Assembly (NCBI GenBank): GCA_964640035.1
Contig: CAZXGO010000005.1
Coordinates: 8,997-63,280, forward strand
Source: an uncultured Chitinophagales bacterium
GTDB taxonomy: Bacteria; Bacteroidota; Rhodothermia; Balneolales; CAYWCV01
Length of the DNA stretch: 54,284 nucleotides
Direction: 5' to 3'
A program made the position numbers and the translations under genes. Under the pieces are notes generated by a model, which had not been told where the DNA came from, did no database searches, and worked only from the letters and a program-made list of their open reading frames with translations. Of this stretch, positions 18,901 through 26,321 are shown one piece after another; position 1 is the first letter of the stretch, and each line of letters begins with the position of its first letter.

Positions 18901-21289
18901 TTTACAATTGTCGGAAACAGTCAATTTTTCGAGTAATGTCGTTACGGATGCACAAATTGATACCACCTTTTTTACTCAAGTTCGGTTAAAAGGGGGCAAA
19001 AATTATTACTGGCGCGTTGCTGCATTAAATGATGCTGGACAAGGTCCTTGGTCTGCCGTCCGATCTTTCCTAACCATACCCTCAAAACCTTCTCCTCCGG
19101 TTCTAGTCTTTCCTGCAAATAGCAATCAATTTATTGTTAAACCGGATAGTCTAGTATGGAGAGTGATCGGTATTGTTGACACGTACCGTATTCAACTTTC
19201 CAAGAACCAAGAATTCGAATTTGATGAAGATTATTTGTTTGATTTAGACAACATAACGACATCAAAACTTGACTTTCTTGCTTTGAATATTTCAAAACTT
19301 GAAAGTAATACCACGTATTACTGGAGAGTAAGGGCTCAAAATACAACGGGTATCAGCGAATGGTCTCCAGTGTGGTCATTTAAAACCAACCCAAGCAAGC
19401 CTACCAAGGTACAACTCATCGACCCTGCTGATAAAAAACTGGTTGATAATATTCAGAATCTGATCTTTAAATGGGCCCCAGCTGAAAGTGCACTTTTTTA
19501 TGAAATCGATATCTCCGGATCTAATCAGTTTATCGGAGATTTCTTACCAATAATCAGATTAACAGAACAATCCTATAATATCCCTACCCAAACACCACCT
19601 TCACCTAATAAAACCTACTACTGGAGGGTAAGGGCTGGTAATGAATTCAATGCAGGGGATCAATTTGGAGACTGGTCGGAGGTTAGAACGTTTCTAACGA
19701 AACCGAATCCTCCCGACTCAGTTAAACTCACATCTCCATTCAGTGGTATCGCCAATGCAAGACGCAAACAGGTGCTTCGATGGGAAACACAGAGTTTAGT
19801 TACGAAATATGTTATAGAGATATCGACCTCCCCGACGTTTTCTAGTACCATTAAAAGAGATAGCCTTAGCTCTAACCTTGACTCTTTGGAAGTATTTTTC
19901 CCCAATTTTAATCAAAAATACTATTGGAGGGTGCAGGCAGAAAATGAAGGAGGTAAGGGAAAATGGTCTAAACCTTCTGATCTTACTACCTTTAATTATC
20001 CCGGTACGATCAGCACCTCCTTTAGTCTAAGCTTTCCCAACACAAACCAATCTAGCTACCGATTGGTTAGTATTCCAGGTAAAGTCGATGTTCCAATTCA
20101 TATCACCTTTGAGGGATTAGGAAAGCAAGGGGTCGACTGGAATGCCTTTACGTTTGAAAACGGTCAGCTCATTGAGGCAAAATCCGGTGACCGTCGATTT
20201 AATTTTAAACCAGGTAACGGGTTCTGGATGTTGAGCAAAAAGCCGTGGAATATCTCCAGACAACAGGATACCTCTGTGGATCTTACCACGGATGATGCAT
20301 TCAGGATTGAACTCAAACCCGGTTGGAATCTCATTTCAAACCCCTTCAACATAGGGGTTCCATGGCAGTCTGTGATTACTGCAAATAAACTAAATGCGAA
20401 TAGATCACTCTTCTTTTTTACCTCTTTAGGTTGGACCCCACAAACCACGCTGATTCCAACGCAAGCATACTATTTCTACAATATTGAAAATGCTTCTTAT
20501 TTAGACATTCCATATCCAGTTGAAGGATTGAATCTTCCCAAAGGTGGTGCAAACCCTGCAAAACTTGTACAACCATCTGACTCCCAGATCCAGGTACATT
20601 TTCTCAAAGAAGACGTCAAGATTGGCTCTGTGAAGCTAATCCTATCGGACGATCAAAATGTAAAAAATAAGCCTGACCGAGAACCTGCTCCTCCGACACA
20701 TTTTTCAACGAATAGCATCACCTGGCTTGATACTGATCCTATGCTTCCTCAATCGGAATGGTATTCGATAACAGAATACTTGGATCAATCGCCAATTTCG
20801 AAGAAAATAACAGTCAATGTAGGTGAATCAGCGAACTACAGCTTAGATGTAGAGCTTTTCCTGGAGGATAATCTTATTGCTCATCTATGGGATACCAAAA
20901 ATCAACGTTGGTTACAAAAAGGTGATCGTGGATTTGAGGTATTTTTACAATCAGGTCAACATCATTTCGAACTCTTTTTAGGCTCAGACCAGCAAATCAC
21001 AAAGATTATTGAGGAGACCCTACCAACACAATTTGAATTGTTGAGTAACTATCCGAACCCATTTAATCCTACGACGACCTTGCGGTTTTCACTTCCAGAG
21101 CCTAACAAAGTGAATATGAATATTTATGACATTATGGGCCGTAAAGTGAGCACCCTGATCAGCCAACGACTAGAGGCGGGATATCATAGTATTGATTGGA
21201 ATGCGTCGCATTTAGCTAGTGGGGTCTATATCGTAGAATTAGTGGCAGGCCAGCAAAGACGTACCCAAAAAATAGCTCTTATAAAGTAA
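15941..21289 (+). CDS. Large T9SS-secreted surface protein: 7-blade beta-propeller, 10 FN3-like repeats, T9SS type A CTD
   Basis: Seven LYVGGxF-type blades and ten YYWRVxAxN..G...WS...F.T repeats. C-terminal NYPNPFNPTT...LASGVY...KIALIK. Start is ATG 15941 or ATG 16013 (signal peptide MRYVVLFLFVFIHGQTLA); the ORF-track start 15824 overlaps the upstream gene. Confidence 0.88.
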   Translation: MSTVRTQHSIPLIQRATKVCSTYRMRYVVLFLFVFIHGQTLAQSSSLIDKQLSFGTGLNGKVLATTFHNNALYVGGEFTTADGSTLNYIARWDKDRWRPLLSGLSGPVYTMVSFQGKLYVGGDFNTAGGKTVNNIATWDGSRWDVMGSGFNDPVKAIAVHNNQIHVGGDFTYSGLNPRQRIAFWNGSSWEQVASTGPNGSVNMLLSFDDKLFVGGSFTTIGSLNVNSIASFNGAIWASLSEELEGPVNSLTAYQGSLIAATASSNPSSSALRRWTGTRWETMMQRIVGTVYSLTSLDETLIVGGNFFTVVDTDTIRNMTRLTNQQWVPLGNPDSTVHSSTLKDDVIYFGGSFESHDGMKRSFYSRHALTTPQRPIILSPSNNSTRVSIRPNLSWESKAAFGYRVQISNQQNFSTSEIDTILVDSNQLNLELKEGLTRYFVRVLGSNNIAESEWSEASSFTTLLRYPEQIEPPSGQNLASSTVVFRWSGLPQALSYRIQVSTSAEEDPDTSSLLVNQSGIPVEVTQFTYAGLLDDATYYWRISAEYNDGVVVVPTDWSRFVPFTVNLVPPSPIPLVPFDNVELDSSNVVFRWGTVPTASNYQFQLSTTTNFDVNLWEQSTTNDSLTITDLKASQIYYWRVRSQNISGSSQWSLVKSFKTKNVKPSKVNLIGPDDREKDIVLTPFLVWSRSIGSSRYQLELSNSGTFPVGSTAVYLVENDTTYQVPKLQQGLVYFWRVTGINEHQVLGETSVSRSFTTINAPTLTSAPSLISPVNNSDSLSSTVTLSWQAISGATKYRIQLSRDLDFMQLILDNKNVTASQLQVDNLLPSETYYWRVTAINQAGDGPWSSKWSFSTNVIIPAPPSLLLPSNASVKVSLPPVLHWNAVQGAESYQIQVSTQSNLTESTPILSSNSNSITITTATHRTPYYWRVRAVNKAGVSEWSAAWVFTTITNVAEQVTLVSPTDLARNIPQTILLQWAPLNQVRSYRLQLSETVNFSSNVVTDAQIDTTFFTQVRLKGGKNYYWRVAALNDAGQGPWSAVRSFLTIPSKPSPPVLVFPANSNQFIVKPDSLVWRVIGIVDTYRIQLSKNQEFEFDEDYLFDLDNITTSKLDFLALNISKLESNTTYYWRVRAQNTTGISEWSPVWSFKTNPSKPTKVQLIDPADKKLVDNIQNLIFKWAPAESALFYEIDISGSNQFIGDFLPIIRLTEQSYNIPTQTPPSPNKTYYWRVRAGNEFNAGDQFGDWSEVRTFLTKPNPPDSVKLTSPFSGIANARRKQVLRWETQSLVTKYVIEISTSPTFSSTIKRDSLSSNLDSLEVFFPNFNQKYYWRVQAENEGGKGKWSKPSDLTTFNYPGTISTSFSLSFPNTNQSSYRLVSIPGKVDVPIHITFEGLGKQGVDWNAFTFENGQLIEAKSGDRRFNFKPGNGFWMLSKKPWNISRQQDTSVDLTTDDAFRIELKPGWNLISNPFNIGVPWQSVITANKLNANRSLFFFTSLGWTPQTTLIPTQAYYFYNIENASYLDIPYPVEGLNLPKGGANPAKLVQPSDSQIQVHFLKEDVKIGSVKLILSDDQNVKNKPDREPAPPTHFSTNSITWLDTDPMLPQSEWYSITEYLDQSPISKKITVNVGESANYSLDVELFLEDNLIAHLWDTKNQRWLQKGDRGFEVFLQSGQHHFELFLGSDQQITKIIEETLPTQFELLSNYPNPFNPTTTLRFSLPEPNKVNMNIYDIMGRKVSTLISQRLEAGYHSIDWNASHLASGVYIVELVAGQQRRTQKIALIK

Positions 21290-21417
21290 CAATATGATCG
21301 TACTTGTACGTTACGTAACGATCGCCATACAAGACAGCTGATGACCCATTTTGGTTAGCTCATCAGGCCTTAATGTAGTATATTCACCATGATTTAGGGT
21401 TCCTATTCTGTTTATTT

Positions 21418-23070
21418 ATGAAGCAACGATTGTTTATCGCAATGTTATTGGTGCTGATGGTATCATCGGCTTCAGTAGCACAAACTCAAACGGGAACCCT
21501 TCTCCCAGAAATAGACCCACAGGATATAGAAATACGTGGTGATTTCAGAATCCGATTCGCCAGCCTAATCCGTCAACCAATACTTGGATTTACCAATAAT
21601 CAACGTATTTATGCTTTGGACCCAAATCGGCTTCCATTCATGGAAACTGAAGAGCAAATCAGAGCAAGCATGCCTATTGATGATCTTGAGCGTCCTGTAG
21701 CACCGACTAGAAGAAGAATTGTTTATCCTCAGAAAAGCACCTTGTACGGGAAAGCCGGATTTGGAAGATTCAATAGTCCGGAGGCCTCCTTGGCGGTAGA
21801 GACACCCCTAAAAGAAACAAGTTCAGTTGTGGCTGGATTTACATATGACGGTGGTGGAGATCATTTAGATGTCAATAGTTCCTATCGTTTGATGAATGCA
21901 CAAGCGGGTGTATCAACGAAGATTCGAAGCAATGGAAATTTTCGACTGATGGGTTCCGTACAAAGCGATGTTAATGACACGAATAATCCGGATGTTCAAA
22001 AAGAGTATTTCGGTGCTGGTCTTCATGCGCAATATCGCCATGTAACCAATAGTCTTACCCACACAGAGCTCACGGCGGGTTATTCTATCTATGATATTGG
22101 GTCAAATCTTGCTTTTACCAATGATCAGGAGCATCGCATCAGCTCTCGTTTTACGCGTCAATGGGCTGGAACGCGCACAAATGACATCTTTTTAGTGCAT
22201 GGTCGTGCAGATCTTGGTTTAATACGTAACAACAATACGCAATCCCAAACCTGGGCTCTTGTTGGAGTACAACCAAGGTATCAGATCAGACAAAAGTACA
22301 ACAGTCGTATTACTATGGGTGGCCGGGCCTACTTCGGAACGGATGAATCCGGCTCTAAACCTGTCTTGTATCCCGATGCAAAAGTAGAATACTTCGGCAT
22401 TGATAATATCATATTAAGTGGCCATCTATACGGGGAAATGAGCAATAGGGGTTTAGATGGAATCCATACCGACAACAGATTTACGGGATTAAATGTGCAG
22501 GTCCAAAATGAACGCAGATGGATAGCAGATACACGTCTCGATATACAGGTTCTTAATGCCATTTCAGTTTATGGTGGGGTGCAATACCGCTATTCACCCA
22601 AGTATGCATACTTCCAAAAGAGCCCCCTTCTGATTTCTGGATCACCCTATGAGATGTTCTACGACGAAAAAATGATGCAACTCCAGGTGAAGGCCGGTGC
22701 CCAGGTAACGATCATTCCGAGTCTGGTAACGCTTCATGGATGGGTTTACAACCAAAATCATAGTTTAAAAGATGGAGGCAAGATTCCATTTGTTGAGAAT
22801 ACGGGACTTGTTGCTGAGACTCAGTTTACACCCTTTCGTAGATTAGCCATAAAATCATGGGTTCAATTCATTGGAGATCGAGAAACAGGACAAGAGAGCG
22901 AAGTATTAGATAGCTTTGTTCTGGTTAATGCACAAGCAGAGTTTATGTTGACCAATCAAATCGGTTTCTATTTTAAAGGTCTTAATCTACTCGGCCAGGA
23001 CTATCAGCTTTGGTCAGGGTATACAGAACGTCCATTACAGCTATATGGAGGGGTAGTAATACGACTTTAA
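21418..23070 (+). CDS. Outer-membrane beta-barrel protein (TonB-dependent-receptor-like barrel, no obvious full plug)
   Basis: Signal peptide, alternating amphipathic strands, C-terminal NLLGQDY..W.GY......YGGVVIRL. Confidence 0.7.
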   Translation: MKQRLFIAMLLVLMVSSASVAQTQTGTLLPEIDPQDIEIRGDFRIRFASLIRQPILGFTNNQRIYALDPNRLPFMETEEQIRASMPIDDLERPVAPTRRRIVYPQKSTLYGKAGFGRFNSPEASLAVETPLKETSSVVAGFTYDGGGDHLDVNSSYRLMNAQAGVSTKIRSNGNFRLMGSVQSDVNDTNNPDVQKEYFGAGLHAQYRHVTNSLTHTELTAGYSIYDIGSNLAFTNDQEHRISSRFTRQWAGTRTNDIFLVHGRADLGLIRNNNTQSQTWALVGVQPRYQIRQKYNSRITMGGRAYFGTDESGSKPVLYPDAKVEYFGIDNIILSGHLYGEMSNRGLDGIHTDNRFTGLNVQVQNERRWIADTRLDIQVLNAISVYGGVQYRYSPKYAYFQKSPLLISGSPYEMFYDEKMMQLQVKAGAQVTIIPSLVTLHGWVYNQNHSLKDGGKIPFVENTGLVAETQFTPFRRLAIKSWVQFIGDRETGQESEVLDSFVLVNAQAEFMLTNQIGFYFKGLNLLGQDYQLWSGYTERPLQLYGGVVIRL

Positions 23071-23071
23071 C

Positions 23072-23263
23072 ATGAAAGAACACGTTGCCAAAGAGATCGT
23101 TGCCTTGATTACCGAAGAGCTTATGAAGCGTGGTGAAGTCCATCTTGAATCAATAGGAAAATTCAAGGTTCTACACCAAAAACAGCGATTACGTGAAACA
23201 AATTTGGGGTCAATAACGATGCTACCCCCACAAGACACCCTCGATTTTGAACCAGAGTCCTAA
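23072..23263 (+). CDS. Small HU/IHF-like (HU-CCDC81-type) protein
   Basis: I.EELMKRGEVHLESIGKFKV...PPQD.LDFEP resembles the HU-fold V.L.G.G.F and P....F.P pattern. Tightly packed between neighbours. Confidence 0.6.
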   Translation: MKEHVAKEIVALITEELMKRGEVHLESIGKFKVLHQKQRLRETNLGSITMLPPQDTLDFEPES

Positions 23264-23264
23264 G

Positions 23265-24314
23265 ATGCTCGACCGAAAAAAAATCATTGATAGTCTTGCG
23301 GAGCGATTGAAAATTGACCTCCCTACGGCCGAGCATGAATATCAAGTGATTGTAGATCATCTGCAGGACGAATTAAAAGCGAATGGAATGGCTGGATTGC
23401 CAGGCTTGGGTGATTTTGTGATGTTTGATGGTAAACTATCGTTTGTGCCTGACACCCTATTAGTACGCAGCATCAACTTTCGGTACCATGGTCTGGACGA
23501 ATGGGAACTCGCAACCATAAAGACTCCGACGCTTCAGGAAGAGGATTCATACTCTGAGCATGAATCAGAACCTGCCGTATACATCGTTGAAGAGCAGGCG
23601 AATGACCATGAACCCACTCACAAAGAAGATCAAAAGGAACAAGTTGTTCATGAAGTCATTCCTGCTCAAATAGCCATCGATTCGAATAGTAGGACCAAGC
23701 CGATAAAAATCAGAGTTACAAAAAAGTACATGGACAGAGGACTAGGATTAAAACGGGCCTTTGCCACCTTTTTGATTCTTGCCACCCTCCTCGCCGGATC
23801 CTCTATCGCATGGTATAACGACTGGCTCGCCGGATACGGAGTTCCTTCCTTCTTCGACGTCTTCCCAGAATACGCCACCAAAGGTGATCCCCAATCGATC
23901 ACTCTAAATACACCCATTATTCAGGTTCCCACCCCTAAACCAGAGTACATCGATAATAATCCTGACTCCACCTCCTCAATTTCCCCTATCGAAGAGGGTG
24001 TAAATCCTGAGCTTCCCGAACCTACCTCGCCCATGTCTACCACCGGACTCGTCGGAGCCTTCGAAGACTCTCGTAGACCATACTACACCATCATTGCGGG
24101 GACATTCTTTTCTGAAGAAGGGGCTACAAAGGCTCTTACTATGGCTCAGAATGCCGGACTACGCTCCCGCATGAGAACGATCTCCATTGATGGCGACAGG
24201 GCCTGGGAAATCCATATCGGACAATTTACCTCCAGAGAAGAGGCCCTGGAGTCAAATAAAACCCTCCCTGGATCGTTTCAGTCCAATATCGTACGAGGGT
24301 ATGGACTACAATAA
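23265..24314 (+). CDS. HU-like N-terminal domain - TM - SPOR domain protein
   Basis: ATG 23265 one base after the upstream stop. N-terminal ...LPGLGDF...F.PD. TM FATFLILATLLAGSSIAWY. C-terminal YYTIIAGTF.SEE.A...IHIGQFTSREEA SPOR pattern. Confidence 0.75.
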   Translation: MLDRKKIIDSLAERLKIDLPTAEHEYQVIVDHLQDELKANGMAGLPGLGDFVMFDGKLSFVPDTLLVRSINFRYHGLDEWELATIKTPTLQEEDSYSEHESEPAVYIVEEQANDHEPTHKEDQKEQVVHEVIPAQIAIDSNSRTKPIKIRVTKKYMDRGLGLKRAFATFLILATLLAGSSIAWYNDWLAGYGVPSFFDVFPEYATKGDPQSITLNTPIIQVPTPKPEYIDNNPDSTSSISPIEEGVNPELPEPTSPMSTTGLVGAFEDSRRPYYTIIAGTFFSEEGATKALTMAQNAGLRSRMRTISIDGDRAWEIHIGQFTSREEALESNKTLPGSFQSNIVRGYGLQ

Positions 24315-24366
24315 ATTAAGTTTACAAAATCATATCTTTCATTTTCGCTAAATCCTCTCTAGATAT

Positions 24367-25083
24367 ATGCCCCTTTTATACCTTCTTGCTCTTCAAATTG
24401 ACGCTACCCTTCTAGACACCCTGGCTCAAGTAGAGGCTCCAGAACCCGAACGGATGACCCTCATCGACATGCTGATTACGGGTGGATGGTTGATGATTCC
24501 TATAGCGATCCTTTCCGTTATAGCCCTCATTGTTATCATCGAACGCTGGAGAGTGATTAGTACATCATCCATGAAAATGGAAGGTTTCCTCAGCGATGTT
24601 CACGACATGCTCACAGAAGGAAATGTGCGTCAAGCCATCCGATATTGCGAACAAACGGATAAACCACTCTCTCGTATTCTGGTTAAAGGCCTTCAACGCT
24701 TAGGTAGACCTATAAAAGAGATTGAAGATGCGATCATGTCGGCAGGAAAACAGGAGGCGTATCGTCTTGAAACTAAAATGGATTGGTTGGCTACCATTGC
24801 AGGGGTAGCACCACTGCTAGGATTCCTTGGTACGGTTACTGGGATGATCGAAGCCTTCCAACAAATTCAAACGATGGAAGGGCAGGTTAATCCAAGTATG
24901 CTCGCCGGTGGTATCTGGGAAGCCTTGATTACGACTGCCTTTGGTCTTATGGTTGGAATTATAGCCTATGGCTTTTATAACTTCCTCCTAACTAAGATCA
25001 ATAGAAAAATCTTTGAGTTAGAAACAGCTTCAACGGATTTTATCGATCTACTACAAACACCTGCACCTAAGAAAAATGCATAA
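24367..25083 (+). CDS. exbB: MotA/TolQ/ExbB proton channel protein
   Basis: GGWLMIPI, LATIAGVAPLLGFLGTVTGMI, GI.EALITTAFGL. ExbB versus TolQ is not resolvable from sequence alone. Confidence 0.88.
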   Translation: MPLLYLLALQIDATLLDTLAQVEAPEPERMTLIDMLITGGWLMIPIAILSVIALIVIIERWRVISTSSMKMEGFLSDVHDMLTEGNVRQAIRYCEQTDKPLSRILVKGLQRLGRPIKEIEDAIMSAGKQEAYRLETKMDWLATIAGVAPLLGFLGTVTGMIEAFQQIQTMEGQVNPSMLAGGIWEALITTAFGLMVGIIAYGFYNFLLTKINRKIFELETASTDFIDLLQTPAPKKNA

Positions 25084-25097
25084 CGAGGCTAAATGCT

Positions 25098-25505
25098 ATG
25101 AATTTTAGGGACGACAGCAATAAGCCAAAAGTGTTAGCGATGTTCTCCCACTCATCGCTGACCGATATCGTGATGCTCCTTCTTATTTTCTTCCTGATAA
25201 CATCCTCTTTTGTCACCAATTTCGGTATCAAAGTCGAAATACCTCAAGCCGACAGTGGGGCTCCACCTGAAACTAAAATGGTTGAGGTAGCTCTGACAAA
25301 AGATGGTCGTTTCTATGTAGCCGGTAAAGAAGTTGTTGGCCAATCCGGACTTGAAACCGGGATAGTTGAAGAGTATACTAAAAACCCTATGGCTACACTT
25401 GTACTCAGAGCGGACAAAGCTGCTGATTTTCAATATGCTGTCGATGTTCTGAGTATTGGCGCTAAATTAAAAATGAAAACGGTTATTGCGACCGAGCTGG
25501 ACTAA
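25098..25505 (+). CDS. exbD: Biopolymer transporter ExbD/TolR
   Basis: SLTDIVMLLLIFFLITS with the essential TM Asp, and LRADK. Confidence 0.88.
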   Translation: MNFRDDSNKPKVLAMFSHSSLTDIVMLLLIFFLITSSFVTNFGIKVEIPQADSGAPPETKMVEVALTKDGRFYVAGKEVVGQSGLETGIVEEYTKNPMATLVLRADKAADFQYAVDVLSIGAKLKMKTVIATELD

Positions 25506-25509
25506 GTCG

Positions 25510-26319
25510 ATGAACAAGATAAAAATGAGTAAAGAAGAACGGGAAGGAGTAATCTACTCGGTGGCCATCCACGGAATTCTTTTCCTTTTAGCATTCTTTA
25601 TCTTTGTAGGTCAGGAACAGCAACGATACGCATACCTGGAGGTGAATATTGGAGATTTCAAAGATGGTAGCCCATCAGAATTTTCTCTCGAGCGACCAGA
25701 AATCGTTGCTACGTCACCCAATCCTTCACCTGTTGATCCTGTAGACCCTAGGCCGGTAGATGTTGTGAAACCGGTTCCTGAGGTCAAAAAAGAAGTCACA
25801 AAACCTGTTGAAGCTCCAAAACAGACCCAGAAAGTCGAAAATGAAATCATTAAGACTCCTGAGACAAAACAAATAAGTCCACAACCAACAGCTGATCGAC
25901 AGAATCAAAAAACTGCTCAGACACCTAGAACGCAACAGTCCCCAACACGTCAGGATGGTGCCGAGAGGAGTGGGGATGTGCGTGGTAGAACCGGACAAAC
26001 AAACACTCAGCAGGGTACGGCTAATGACCCAACAAAATCGGCACCTTTCTCTCTTCAGTGGGACGGCGATATTGTCCGATCACCGATGTCTCAGCCCCTT
26101 CCTAATTATGTTGAGGATGTTGAGGCAGTGATCACAGTACGTTTTCAGGTGATGCCTAATGGAAGCATCAATCAAATCATTCCGCTGAGAAAAATGAGTC
26201 CAGCACTCGAAAAAGAAGTGATGGCTACTTTACGCAGCTGGAGATTTCAACGACTACCGAGCGGTGTTCCTCAAGAACCGCAGTGGGGAACGATTACTTT
26301 TCGTTTCACCACCCGATAA
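25510..26319 (+). CDS. tonB: Energy transducer TonB family protein
   Basis: TM with S..IH motif (YSVAIHGIL), Pro/Lys-rich linker, C-terminal ITVRFQV.PNG...W.F...GTITFRF. ATG 25510 chosen over the ORF-track TTG at 25486. Confidence 0.82.
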   Translation: MNKIKMSKEEREGVIYSVAIHGILFLLAFFIFVGQEQQRYAYLEVNIGDFKDGSPSEFSLERPEIVATSPNPSPVDPVDPRPVDVVKPVPEVKKEVTKPVEAPKQTQKVENEIIKTPETKQISPQPTADRQNQKTAQTPRTQQSPTRQDGAERSGDVRGRTGQTNTQQGTANDPTKSAPFSLQWDGDIVRSPMSQPLPNYVEDVEAVITVRFQVMPNGSINQIIPLRKMSPALEKEVMATLRSWRFQRLPSGVPQEPQWGTITFRFTTR

Positions 26320-26321
26320 GA

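Noticed and set aside
17040-20000. DGR template/variable repeat pair or recent tandem duplication among the tattactggcg/tactggag repeats
   Set aside because: DNA similarity is limited to the codons for YYWRV. There are no long near-identical repeats and no reverse transcriptase.
11431-21289. Mobile element or prophage explanation for the accessory cluster
   Set aside because: No integrase, transposase, phage genes, tRNA target or flanking direct repeats were seen.
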